Assembly: GCF_009834535.1 (NCBI RefSeq)
Contig: NC_045697.1
Location: 100,132,001 to 100,196,000 of the forward strand
Source: Camelus ferus
Taxonomy: Eukaryota
Direction of reading: 5' to 3'
Length of the DNA stretch: 64,000 nt
Under the pieces are notes generated by a model that was not told where the DNA came from, did no database searches, and was given only the letters and a program-made list of their open reading frames with translations. Made by a program: the position numbers and the translations under genes. The stretch's first letter is position 1. Each line of letters starts with the position of its first letter. Positions 25,869 through 39,196 of the stretch are shown here, piece after piece.

Positions 25869-28247
25869 CTTTTTCTGAGCATAAGCTCTTGGGGTTATAA
25901 ATAAGCCTTAGGAAGCTCTTCTCCACCAAAGATGGCAAAAATACTCACCTAAAATTGCTTTTTGAAAACTTAAATGTAGTTTCACTGTTCACATTTAAAG
26001 CTTGAACAATCTGAATGTGATTCAATAACCACACAACCTTTATTGAGCTCTTACAGAGTGACGGGCAGAGAAGAGAGAGAGAGAGGATGCAATTTATTTT
26101 TCCCCAGATTACTCAGACAGATTGGGGTCTACTTTTGGATTCTGTTTGATTGTAAAGTTGACCTATCTTTTGCTGACCCTATTAATATCAGTTTCAGTTG
26201 GGTAGCTTTGAACATATTTACTATTTGGCAGCCTAATTTTTTCTTCACTAATATCCCCCCTACAATATGCCTATTAACTACTGATATTAGGAGACCATAG
26301 ACTCTAACGGTGAAGAATTGGGCTCTGGCACTGGACAGTTTTTTTTTAAACCCCAACTTAGCATTTTAAAAATAGGCAACCAAATTTTGGATCTCCACAA
26401 AGTTTTAAATTACCCATCCCCATTTTCAGGGACATGAGGAAACATTTTCTCCTCCTTCAGGGTAAAGTATAATTAGCTATTTTAAAGCAGTTATTTTAAA
26501 CTTAAACACCGAGTAGCAGTATGCTACCTGCATTGGTCATCCCACTATTGAGCTGCATGATATATGACGTCTGCTTGAAAAGACAGTGAAAATGGAAACG
26601 GGGCAGTTCTCTTCATCTGGACTTCCACCTCATTCATCTTCAATATTCATAATGAATTTCTAGGACTGATGATAGTAAAAAATTAGGTGGGATTCTGGGA
26701 TATTTCTCCATGCTCTTTGGGCTATGTGTTGTGTGCATGGTTAAAAAAAAAGAGAGAGACTGCAGATATCCATTTACTCCAATAGAAATAGTCATCAAGA
26801 ATTTATGTATTTAGGGTGTCCAAAAATGGTACAAAGTGAAGTGGATTTGGACGAATTATCTGACCAGTCGGATCAATGCACAAAATCTAGGACAAAATGC
26901 TGCTATAGGGTCTAATCTGTTCAAATGAGACACGTGCACCGATGTGAGTCATCAGACAATTCTCTGATCTTTGCTTCATTTTGCAATGTGCAGCCAGCGT
27001 CAGAGAGAAGCCGGCAGATCCCTCCCAGGTGGACTGCAGTGTAATTGCTTCTGAGGGTGTGTGTGAGGGAGGGAAGGCGAAGGAGCAGGGATGAGAAGAG
27101 GGGATGAAGAGGGGGGAAGGAGTGCTGAAAGGCTTGCTGGGTATCTCCTCAGAGCTAAGTGCTGCCCCGAGTATCTAATCTATGACACACAGGCGGCCCT
27201 GAGACTCGGGGATGAGAAGTTAATAAACAGCACATTTTGTATGGATAAACTCTACAAAGAGATCCTGCCATTTGGGCAATTCTGTTTACTTTGACGCCGA
27301 GTCACTGTAAAATAGAGTGCCTCTTTTTGCAAAATGATGTCAGCCTACCATCTATTTTCCTCCCAAAGGCACGTTCTGCTTCTGAGTGATGGCTGCTATG
27401 TAATTATCGTGTATTCTGGAAAAGCTCTTCAGCCCTGTGAGGAATGTGTGACCAGGACACACATGACCTGGCGACCAGATAAGCAGCAGGAGCATCCTGT
27501 GGTTTTAGTGCTTCCTCTTCCTGGGAGAGAGCTCAGTTGCCATTATTTAACTTGGCATATGCAGATCAGTAAGGAATCAGAACAAAAGCTCAGAAAGCCA
27601 AAGAATGTTGAAAAACCTGGAAATTCCTTAGTTATGAATTCAAAACCAGGTTGTTTGAACACTGCATTAGTAGAACGTTTGGAAAACCAGCAAAGTGTCA
27701 ACATTTTATGGAGTTGGCAGCCCCGTTGCTCCCCATGCATCTTGGACGGAGATGATAACCCTCCCAAGCGCATGTGAGCAAAAATCCTTTTTCAAGTCCT
27801 TGCATCCTCTCTCTCCCAGAATCCATCCTTTCTTTAGTTTCACGGATGGCCATTTAGAATTTAGTCAATACTAAAAGAAACCTGCAGTTTCCATTTGTAG
27901 ATATTTCATACTTATAAATCTAATATCTACTTTTTTAAGAGTTAGCTCCTGATTATCATCTTTTCTCAAGTGAGAAAATGTATGTGAAATGACTGAAAAA
28001 AGCTGCAAAGAACCATAGGAATGTAAGGTATTACCACTTTCTGCATGAATTTAAACATTATTTTTAATAAACACAGATGCCAAAATTCCAAATAAAGCAC
28101 TCACAAATAGATTTCAATGATAAAGTAAAAAGTCTTCATGACCCAGGGGATTTATTCCAGGAAGGTGAGGGTTACTTAACATTGGAAAATGTGTTAATGC
28201 ATTTCAGTGCATTAACACATTCAGGGAATAAAGCCTGTGAGTATCTT

Positions 28248-28560
28248 GTGTCGCTAGCTGTCCACTAACATCTGCTCTCTTGTACTTCCTTGGTGTCAGT
28301 GTTTCAGATGGACACAGACTGTTGAGGGAGAAGCATTCCTTGTCATCAGCCTCCCTTGCAGCTAGTTGTGGCTATGCAATGAGTATCTGTCACTGAGATG
28401 TGAGTGGAGATGACGTGTGCTACTCCAAGGTCTCATCCATGAAAGGGTAAGTGCACCCCAGAAGCTGTCTCCCCTTCTCTCTGACTTCACTTGGAGAAAT
28501 GTAGAGCAGCTGGTGTCTTAGAGAAGGAAGCCGTGTGTTGACAATGGCACCCACTGCTGA
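28248..28560 (+). mobile_element. MLT1-like (ERVL-MaLR) LTR fragment
   Basis: cagcctcccttgcagctagttgtggc...gagatgtgagtggagatgacgtgtg motif. Confidence 0.65.
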
Positions 28561-29839
28561 TTTCTTATTAAGAGGAATATACGGAAATGTACTTAATGGG
28601 ATATAAAGGATCTTCCAGGAATAGTATATTGAATGGAAGAAACAGCATTAGACATTTCCAGCTCAAGTCATGAATCAGGCCAGGAAGAGCTAATACTGAA
28701 AGCAGAAGTGGTATCTGGTGTGAAGAGACACAGGAATGGGAGGGGTAAGTCTTTGAAAGGAAGGGAGCAAACTGTCATTATTTGGGGGATCCCATGACCA
28801 CCTAAAAAACCAAGATAATTTAGCTATTAAAATTAGAAGAATGTGCAGAAAAACACAAGACTCAGGATCAACATATAAAAATGAAAAGCTTCCTATACAC
28901 CAGTAATGCCTAACAGAATAGGTAATGGAAAAAGTGATCTCTACACAGAGCAGCAGAAGTCATAAATATCTAAGGATAGACCTAATAAACACTAGCCCTA
29001 TGTGAAGAAAACTATACAGTAACGTTTCTCTATAAGACATTGAAAATTTCTAAGAAGCAGATTTCATTTCAACCAAAGGATTATTCAGTACTATATATTT
29101 AGTTTCCAAATATATGTGATTGTTAAAGTTATCCATTTGTAATCATTATTATCTTGTTATTGTTGCATTATGGTCAAGGAACATGGTCTCTTGATATTGA
29201 TCCTTAATCATCTAATTTATTTTTTAGGGTAAATATTCCATTTATATTCAGAAACGCTGTATTCAAAAACATGATTTTGTTGTGCAGACATGTCTCATTG
29301 ATTATGCTTATTCAGTATAGTTAGACCTTCCACATCTCTGCTTATCTATGTCTGCTTGACCGTCTCAAAAGGGTGTGTCAAATGTCTCATACAACTAATG
29401 CTGTTTTCTCTCTGAAGTTCTGTCAGTTGCTGCTATGTTTTGAGTTTGTACAGTTAGCTGCATGTATGTTCATGATAGTTATATCTGCTTAGTTATGTTG
29501 CTGTGGAGAGGTCTGATGCCACTTCTGATTTTTGTTTTTTGGGAGTGATCTGCTCTTCTTTGTAACCTTTTAGAGTTATATTTGAGATTAGTCTCTGATA
29601 GTCTTAAATATCACTGGTCTATTTATGAGTATTTATCAGTTAGTTTGGTGGCACATAAACACTTTCAACTAGAGCCATTTCATTCTTTCTTTAATTCTGA
29701 AACATTTGTCTTCATACTTTATTGAAATATTTCCTCCTATATTTTTTCTTTCCTGTGATACGTATTATCCTATTGGTGGCACTTATTTTTCTATTTGTCA
29801 TGGTTTTTAAAAAAAAATACTTTCCCCCTCTCATTTAAA

Positions 29840-30910
29840 AAACGTTTTATTTTGAAATAATTATAAGCTAATAAGTGGCAAAAATAGTCCACAGAGGTCC
29901 CATGCACCCATCTCCTGGCTCTCTCCAATGGTGGCATCTTACATATTACAGTGCAGTATCAATACAAGAGATTGACTGGCACAATACAATTAACTAGATT
30001 ATAGGACTTACTCTGACTTCACTAGTTTTGGCATGTGTAGATTTTAAAAATGTCTTTGTGTAAAATTCCATGACATTTTATTACATGTATAGGGTCATAT
30101 AACTATGATCACAATTAAAATATTGAAATATTCTATCACCACAAAGGAAATTCCTCCTCCTCGCTTTCCCCTTCTCTAACCCCTGATGTCTACTTATCTA
30201 TCTCCATCTACATACACTTTTATCATTTCTACAATGTTGTATAAATGGAATCATCCAGTATGTAATACTTAGAGACTGGCTTTTTTTCATTCAGTATAAC
30301 ACCCCTAACATCTATCTAGGCTGCAGGGTTGCATGTATCAGTAATTCATTCCTTTTCATTGCTGTGTAGTATTCTATGATATAGAATATGGTGCACCAGA
30401 GTTTATTTACCCATTGATGGACATACGGGTTATTTCCAGTTTTTGGTTATTAAGAATAAAGCTGTTATAAACATTAGTGTGGAAGTTTTTGCATGAATAC
30501 AGGCTTCCATTTTTCTGGGATGAATGCCAAGATGTGCAATTGTTACACTATATGATAACTGCATGTTTGGTTTTCAAAAGAAATTGCCAAGGGGGGGAGG
30601 GTATAGCTCAAGTGGTAGAGTGCATGCTTAGCATGCACGAGGTCCTGGGTTCAATTCCCAGTACCTCCTCCAAATATAAATAAATGAATAAATCTAACTA
30701 TCTCCCCCTCATTAAAAAAAAAAAAAAAAAAAGAAAAAGAACAAAAAAATGAAATTGCCAAACTGTTTTCCAGTGTGGCTATATTACTGTACATTGCCAT
30801 CAGCAATATGTGTGAATAATCCAGTTTCTCAGCATCCTTGCCAGCATTTGGAGTGATCACTGTTTTTTATTTTAGCCATTATAACAGATGTATAATGATA
30901 TTTCATTGTG
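29840..30910 (-). mobile_element. L1M (L1MC-like) 3' fragment interrupted by a SINE
   Basis: ttttattttgaaataatt start, ataaatggaatcat, catccttgccagcatttgg. ORF 30651-30860 resembles decayed ORF2. Confidence 0.85.
30591..30750 (+). mobile_element. tRNA-Ala-derived SINE (Vic-1-like, camelid)
   Basis: A box tagctcaagtgg, B box gggttcaattcc, long A tail, and perfect TSD gaaattgccaa at 30580-30590 and 30751-30761. Confidence 0.92.
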
Positions 30911-31775
30911 TCTTTTATAATTTCTCTTTGTCCATTCTAGCTGACTTGTGGAAAAGTTTTTCAGACTAATCTTCCAGCTCACAAATTTGTCTTTATCTAT
31001 ATCCATTCTGTGTTTTATCCTATTTGTTGTGTTCTTTAATATTTAAACTATTGTATTTTTCATGCTAAATGTTTCCTATCAGTCCTTCTCCTTCTTGCCT
31101 GTGAGCGGTGGAATAAGCTACTGTGCCTAGTCATATTTTCTGGGGAACAACCAAGGCAGGGGCCCTTGTTTTGTTCTTCCAGAAGATTAAGGAGAAATAT
31201 GAATAAACTCAGATGACCCCAAGCACCACAGGACAGCCAGTGACTCCTTCCACTGAGGGAAGTTCTGCAGTATTACGGATTGCCTGACCTCCTCTCAGAT
31301 GGCCCCATCCCATTCACCTGAGGCCCTGCTTAAGTTCAGCCCTCTTAAGTCATGGGTTATCTTCCAGATCCTTACAGCTATACTGCTCTGTGCATCATTG
31401 AGTCCAACCCAATTTCCTACCCATGTCCTGCTCCTCAAACCCTTCCTTTCTGACTCTCAGAAATTTAAGTCTCTGGTCATCAAATTCTCTGGTAGCTTCC
31501 ATCTCTTCTTGGAATTATGCCTTCACTCCCTTGATCCTTGACCTTCTTGTTTTGATTGATCTGGCTGCCCTGTGAAGACACCACTTTCTCTGCACCATGA
31601 TTAAAGGGCAAGTATTTTAATTCATTTTTATTAAACCACACTCCACATACCTCAGGGCCAGAAGATGGTTTGGTGTCTCTGCCCCATATCACTACTTCTC
31701 AACCTTGCCTCCAAGCCCCATCTCAACCTCCTTCAAAAACCACTTATCTTTTGAGAGTCTCTCCACTTGGGTTTA

Positions 31776-31897
31776 TTTATTTATTTAATTTTTTTCCCTT
31801 TCTTACTTTTTTTTTTTAATGGAAGCACTGACGATTGAACCCAGGAGCTTGTGCATGCTAACCATGCAGCTCTCCCACTGAGCTGTACTGCACACTC
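31776..31897 (-). mobile_element. Older tRNA-derived SINE (Vic-1-like)
   Basis: T-rich tail, attgaacccagg (B box reversed), and a decayed TSD (ctccacttgggttta / cttcacctggattta). Confidence 0.8.
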
Positions 31898-31929
31898 CTT
31901 CACCTGGATTTATAACCTTCTCTCTCCTC

Positions 31930-32400
31930 TCCCTGCCTTATCTACATATTTCCTGTTAATTTCTTTTATCACCCTCTGTGGCTCCTAAGAGTCACCTCCT
32001 TGGACTGGAAATTTTAGTATTCATGTGGATAACCCACTCGATACTCCGGCCTGTGGGTTGTTTGTTCCCTTCTTCTCCAAAGACCCTCCTTTTCTTCCAG
32101 TCCTTCCCAGACACACATCCCCACTGCCTTACCCTGGACCTTGTCACTCCTAGAAACTTGCACTACCTCTGAAATCCCAGTTTCAAAGATGTCACGTTTC
32201 TAATGCCACCTCTCTTCCTCAGGCTCTCTTTGCTCAGGTACCTTCCCACTCATGAATGCCCTCTGCTTTCTTACTATCCATCAGCCGCCTCCTGGCTTCA
32301 CTGCTGTCCTTACCCAGCCTAGATCACAAGGTCCACAGTTAAGAGAACTCCTCTAAAAATACTCTTAGCCCCCTTGCTCTTCTCTCTCTTGTGCCCTATA
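31930..32400 (+). mobile_element. L2 fragment (endonuclease-region-like)
   Basis: Pyrimidine-rich, with accctggaccttgtca and related L2 motifs. Approximate. Confidence 0.5.
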
Positions 32401-33311
32401 AAATTCACTCTTTCTGTGCCTCCACTTCCTCATGGGAACACTGTGAAGGGAAAAATCCCACAGGCCATCTGTTCTCCCTTTACATTTATGATCCTTTTCC
32501 TCAAAAGAACACCTCCTGCTCTCCTTCCTCTTCCCTAAGCCCTCATGTCCACTTACCTGTTCTCCATCTCTGTAATTTTGTCATTTCCAGAATGTTATAT
32601 AAATGGAATCACCTAGTATATAACCCTCTGAGGTTGGCTTTTGGCTTTTTTCACGCAGCATAATGTAGAACACCTGCTCTACCCTCTTCTGGACCTGCCT
32701 TCCCTTTGTCCAAATGATGACCTCACCTCTTTACATCTCTCCGGAAACCTCCTATGTGCCCCTTCTCACCCACATTCTCTGGGAGTGATCTTACTGTAGA
32801 ATCACTTGAGGAAAAATACCCATCAGAGGGAACTAACCTGTCCTATTATTACACGAGGTGATTCACAGTGAAGAATTTAGCACAGGGCCTGCCATAGAAA
32901 AACCACAATATACGTGTTCAGGTTTTGTTAGCATTATTATTGTTTTACCACTGCCGAATATATCCTAAAACCCACGTATCTTTCCTGAAACCCATTCATT
33001 ACTCCACTTTTTGAGGATGAGAAGGATGGTGTCTAGAATACAGTCTTCGTCTGGACAGTAAAAATAGTTAGCAATAAAAATAAATTCATAGTAGGACTAC
33101 TTTAGGAGTGTGGAAATTTATCATTCGGGAACCAAACTGATAACCTGCAGTGTAAACCAATTGACATGACTTCTCCAGAAGACCTCTAAGTTCAAAATAT
33201 TAAAGTTTCATCTGAGTTGTTGGATAAAAATTGGTAATCTGTGCTCCCCCAATGCTTTGCTGACAACTTGAAATATGTCCAATGCTGGGTGTACAGCTAA
33301 AGTGCACCTTA

Positions 33312-33590
33312 TTTATTTATTTTTAGGAAGCTAAAATCATACTTTATTAATATATCTTGGCCATATGGACCAGGTGCTTTTCTTTCAAACTGAGTGAAAC
33401 GTTCTTTAAGATTCTTTAAATTCTATGGACCTTTAAAATTTTTGAAAGTGTCACACATAAAATTTCGTATCATCTCACAATAACCCTTTCTTCCCCCCTA
33501 CCCTTATATTGCCCTTCCCTCCTTCCCTCTCCCCACTGGTAATCGATATTTTGTTCTCTATATCTGTGAGCCTGCTTCTTTTTGTTTTAT
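33312..33590 (-). mobile_element. Artiodactyl-type L1 3' end with short extra 3' segment
   Basis: L1 3'UTR motifs at about 33380-33590 and a flanking near-direct repeat (ctaaagtgcacctta / ctaaagtcacttta). Confidence 0.75.
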
Positions 33591-34304
33591 CCTAAAGTCA
33601 CTTTAATTATGCACCAGATCCCTCAAGTGGAGATTTGTCATTATACTTGGAGGCAGACACTCAGCAACAACTAACTTTTATGAGGTCAAAAAATCTTTAA
33701 AGGAGATGCTAACAATAGACAACTTTATTTTCCTTGGAAAAGCTCTAGTAATTTAATTAACTCACTGATGTCAGTTCTTCATCTATGCTTGAGATGATCA
33801 ATGAATCACACTTCTTGAAAAATTCATATTTTTTCCTAATTTAGAAGTGTGTTGAATTTTCCATGAATTTGTGATAACTGTAGGGGGAGTGATGAATATA
33901 AAATAAGGTAATTCACTTATAGCCCCACCTGTAAGCATTTTCTTAGAACATACTCAGTGCATCAGATTCAAAAATAACTTACTTATAGTTTCTGTGAGAA
34001 TTTGAAATGGTTAAAAATGATACAGAGTTCAGGCTGACATAAAACAAATCACAGAATACTAAATTAATTTTTATGATTACAGTTTTTTATGGAGAAAATA
34101 ATCATGCTTAAAGAACCTTCTGCTTACATATAAGATATTTTAAGTTCTAACTTTAGTTTGGACAAAAAACATTATACATGTAAGTCTCACCAAGGAGCAG
34201 GATAATGGAATCACAGGATGGGAGATTCTAAGAAAGCAAACCTCTCCAGCGTTTTCTCTTCCTAATAATCTAATAAATGAAATGAAATAGCAGAATCATT
34301 TACC

Positions 34305-34480
34305 ATAGATTCCAACTGGGTGACCTTGGAAGAGTTACTAAATTTTTAAGCTTTTAGTTCATTATCTCCAAAACTCTAATAGGAAACGTACCTAATCCAA
34401 AGGGTTGAGTGAGGATTAAATGAGATAATGCATATAAAGAACCCAGGGCATAGTAAGTGCTCAATAAATATTAAGGGTTA
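34305..34480 (+). mobile_element. MIR
   Basis: gtgaggattaaatgagataatgcatataaag...catagtaagtgctcaataaat. Confidence 0.85.
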
Positions 34481-35829
34481 CTATTATCACTGACACCATC
34501 TATTAAATAATTATTTAAAACATTCCAGACAGTGTAAAACTTGAATTTAGACCAAAGGAGATAGGTAGGGGTGGAAAGGAGCACACCAACCTTGGCTTCC
34601 ACTGGGGCCCAGAAACAAATGATGAACTTCTCGACAACCTAGGTGTTGAGTATTACAAGGACCCCTCCAAAAAGCTAGGGACCACGGGGCTCATGTTGAG
34701 CAAATTACCATTTTTGCAACATGAAAGGATGAACTTTCTATCTCACACTGGTCAATGAAAGAAAACTCTGAGGTATTTAAATGAAAAATTAATCTTCAAA
34801 GGGAAAAATGAATGTAACTGGGTTAGCAATTAATGGCCCAACTCATGTTGCTCTCTTAAGGTAGTGAAAAATAAAAATTGTATAATGTTTACTTTGAAAC
34901 AGTTGCATAACCAAAGCAATGGATTTGTGTTTTGTTTTGCTTTGAACTGCTGGGAAAAAATCACATCAGTTATTCCCCACTAGACTGTTTTTAACAATGC
35001 ACAGCAAGATCTTAAAATTACAATTAAAAATGATCATAATATCTTGGATCTAATGAACTTCTAGATGTTTATTTTCTGTACTATTTGCATAGAATAGGGA
35101 AATATACATGAATCATATCTTTTCATATTTTTTTCTTATTTGTTTGGTAGAAATGACCCAGAATTCCCAATTCATTGCACAATTATTAAATGCCTCATTA
35201 CTTTACTTGATTCATTGCTAGTTTCTTTTTAGTATTCTCCAAAGTTGCTTTCAGTAGTCTTTGAAAACTAGAAGTGAGAATCCCATTTATAAAAAGTTCA
35301 GATTGGAAAATCCCTTTCTTAATAAGAGCAATTAAAGTTTACTTCTTTGGTTTCTAGCTAGGAGTCCCCACATAGCTTTCCCTGTGGTAAGATGACATGG
35401 ACTATGAATTCAACAAATGACATTAAGGTCAGCTGAAAGACCAACTATTAATGTATTGAAAAAACAGCAAAAAGTGATAGAACTTGATGATATACCTTGG
35501 TGGATAGTAAACAGCTTCTCAAGGATCAGAGCCCAAATTCCAAAGTGAAAAACACTGTGTATCCTTTGGCTGAACCCATAAATTCTAACAACATTGGTAT
35601 GAAATGCTTTTAGACTAATATGTAAGTGAATCACGTTTATAAGGCTCCTTGGTATTTATGCTCCATCAGTAGATCTCAGTGAAGGGGGAACTGTATGCCT
35701 TTTATCAGGATCTGAGGTCTAGGAAGGGGAGAGAAGTTGAGACATATGCATTCCAAAAAAGCTCCAAAGATCTGAAATACACCTTTCTTGTTCTTTGTTC
35801 AGTGCACTCCTCACCATAAGTCAAAGGGT

Positions 35830-36291
35830 GTCCATAGCAGATGCTGTCCCTACCCACCCAGCCCACACCACTTCTGTATACACTGTCCTGACTTTCAACT
35901 GCCGGCACCTGGCCTTCTGTTGCATAAATGTCTTTCCCAAACCACTATAATTACTTGGACTGTGTGTAGGTAAGGAGGAATTACCACCACCAGAGAGCAG
36001 TCCTGAACTAATGACTAAAGAACTGGTACATAAATACCTCAGCTCCCTCCTCCCTGTGCTGGTAGATCTATGGCACATTTCTACACCATTTCCCAGAGCT
36101 CCCCAGTGGGATTAAATTTCAGTGACTCACAGTGGTAACTTGCTTAATAACACACACTTTATTGGCTTCTTTCCTTCCCTGCCACATTTCTCTATCCCCC
36201 AACTGATGTTTCCTGGAATCACCTCTCAAATAAATGGCTTGTACTTGAATCCTTGCCTTAGGTCTGCTTCTGGGAAAACTCAAACTAAGTC
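35830..36291 (+). mobile_element. LTR16-like (ERVL) solo LTR
   Basis: 3' end ggaatcacctctcaaataaa...cttgaatccttgccttaggtctgcttctgggaaaactcaaactaag. Confidence 0.75.
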
Positions 36292-36715
36292 TGTGCCAAA
36301 ATTATTTATCTTCTAGTTTCTTTCTTTATAGTTCTCTGAAATCCTAAATAGTGTAGCTATATTGGCTTGTACTTTATAACATATACTGCTTCATGTATAT
36401 CACTCTTTAATATGTTTACAAATAGAAAAAAAAGAAAAGCAAAAACATGAACTCCTCCCTACTTATTTTCTAACTGAAAAAAAAAAAAAAAGGAAGAATC
36501 ATTTACCAGAAATAGCTTTTTCAGAACTTCTTATGCCAACTTGCCCTGAAGATAGTTGTGGTTGCATAGAGCTACTGAAAACCACCATTCAAACCACCTA
36601 TCTGAAGGGAAAGTCAAGCATCCTTCTCTCCCATCTCTACTATTATGGGAGAAGGATAGTCTTTGGATACTGAGCATTCACTGAGATATTGAACATATGA
36701 GTCATTCGGTAAGGC

Positions 36716-37232
36716 TTGCTGTGTAACATGGTAACCACTAGCCATATGTTGCTATTGAGTAATTGAAATGTAGCTAGTATGGCTGAGGTACTGAATTTTT
36801 AATTTTAGTTAATTTAAATTTTAATTTGAAACCATTACTCAGTTCAATTATTGGAAAATTCCTAAGTATGTTCAAGACAATTTGTGTATTAGAATCTACT
36901 TTTTTCAAGTGTAAGTTTTATAAAATCTAAATACAGATCAAGTATGTCTGATGAAATTTAACACCCAAATTGGGATATGCTGAAATGTAGAATACCCACT
37001 GGAATTTTAAGAACTAGTGTGAAAAATATCATTAGCAATTATTAATATTTGATATTAATAATGAGGTACTTATACTTTAATTAGTATTAAAATTATAATA
37101 TTTTGGATTTACTGGGTAACATAAAATATATTAATTTTATTTCTCTTGTTTCTCTTTTTCTTTTTTTAAATGTGACTCTAGAAAGTTAAGTTACATATGT
37201 GGCTCACATTATTTTTCTGTTGGACAGCACTG
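36716..37232. mobile_element. Charlie1/MER33-like hAT DNA transposon remnant
   Basis: aacatggtaaccactagccatatg...tacatatgtggctcacattatttttctgttggacagcactg. Confidence 0.8.
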
Positions 37233-39196
37233 TTCAGTCACTTTATTCACAGCTTTTATTTGCTAGTCTAGTGGGTAAAATCACTGCTATATAAAAAGAT
37301 TAAGACAAAAAAATAACATTCCCTTTTCTTAAGTAGTTGACACTTTAAAAGGAATGTCACAAGTCTGGTAATAATATTGAAGCCAAATCTAAAAGCAAAA
37401 TAAAAAGTAAAGTCATATATAACTTTGTCATGGAAAGTAGCTGTTTTCTTAGATGAACAGATTATGGATATTAAACTAAATTACAGAAAGTGATTTAAGA
37501 AAAAATGTTATCCTCTTTAAAGGCCTACAAAGCTTGCTCTGCCTGAACAATTAAATAAATGTTCTGCCAACATCAGCTTCCTAGACTCAAATGGAATAAA
37601 ATAACCAGGCAATAAAGTCCTAGATAGAAGGAGCCTCACCAGCTGCCTTGGCATTATCTTCTTTATTTTACAGATAAGGGAAATATGGTCTAACCAGGTT
37701 ACGTCACTTTTTAAAGGTTAGAAGTGATTTTGTTCTTTCTCAAAGAAAAAGAAAAACATTAATTCTCAAATATAGTTTATGTTCTTATCAGTAAAACACT
37801 TTCCGTCATCCAAAGCTCATAAGAATAAACCAGTGGTTCTCAGATGGACCAACTCCTCTTGATATTTCCCCTCATATTTCCTTCCATATTTCTAACTATG
37901 TTTCTACTAATATTTCTTGGATTAACAATTTTGGACACTTTCTGTTCACATCCAGCCATGGTAGATGACTTAACTCACAGTGACTCTACCACCCCCACGT
38001 CCCCACCTAAGCCCTCATTGGATAATCAACAGTACTCAATGAAAATACTGTTCCTTGTCAAGCAGGTGGTCTATTACAATTATGTACCTTCTGAATTTTT
38101 CCTGAACTTAGTAATTGCATCACTCTTCCATTTGCCTGGCTTTCTGTGTTTCACTGTTCCCTTCTCCCCCCACATGCTACGATCTCTGTCACATGCTTAC
38201 TGATAACATTTTCTATACTCTTCAAACGCATTACTTCCACTTGTCTTTTAGACTATGAAAATTCCCTCCTGGAACTCTCTGTCCTCCTGCTCCAGAATGG
38301 CCTGAATGCTTTAAAGATATGCAGAGATTATCAGGGATTTATCTTACCTAGCAATTTAATGATAGGAAAATTTTACTTTTCACTTTTACTTTAAAGTCAA
38401 CTTTAAAACTGTCTCTTATTTGTATTTTTCAGACATAAGTTAAGTAACAGCAAAACAGTACTGCCACCACCACAAACAACCCAACACTCTACACACTGAA
38501 AATACTGATTGCTAGTTTTCATGAATATGTACAATGGAAAAGTGTGCCCTTATTTTAAGCATTTTGGTTGCTCCTCCAGCAATCAGTACCACAAGCCATA
38601 GAGCTTTAGCCTTATTGCTGCCCAGACTTGGCTGTTTCCAAGGTGGCCCGAAGGTCTGGAGTACACAGATGCTACTGTCAGCGATGCTTCCAGGGTTGCT
38701 TTGTGTTTAACTGCTAACTATCTAGCTCATCATTGTTGGAAAAGAGGATTGAGAGGCTTTTATGCCAAGTTTATGTGGTTCTAGTTGGAATTTCAAGACA
38801 GGGCTTTATTATTATGGTGGTGGTGGTGGCATCTGGTTCTAGCTTATTCAATCTCATCCAGAGACAGTGCCACTGAGGAGAGTCCTGATGCGGACAGACT
38901 TATGGAAAACTGTCATAGAATCACAGAACTCTTAACTTTGGGGAGTTACCTAGAGGCCACCTGCCAACTCCAACCTCCATATTTTGCAGAAGAGAAAACT
39001 GAGGTCTAGAAGCTTACCTAAGACAAAAAAGGAGGCTGGTGGCAGCTTCTAAGTAGGCTTTAAGAGCATTAAGATGAAAGGAACTGACTGCTAACAGATA
39101 AATTATGATCTTACAGATGGATGTTCTCATTTTGTATAAGCTAAGCTTCCTGGAAGAAGCAAAATCATTTAAATATTCATATCAAAAACTCTAACT

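Noticed and set aside
27334..27777. 147-aa plus-strand ORF
   Set aside because: No recognisable homology or composition signal, and compatible with chance in 64 kb.
30591..30670. Possible tRNA-Ala gene (also 48108-48218 and 31776-31897)
   Set aside because: Followed by an AT-rich body, poly(A) and a TSD, so it is a SINE head rather than a tRNA gene.
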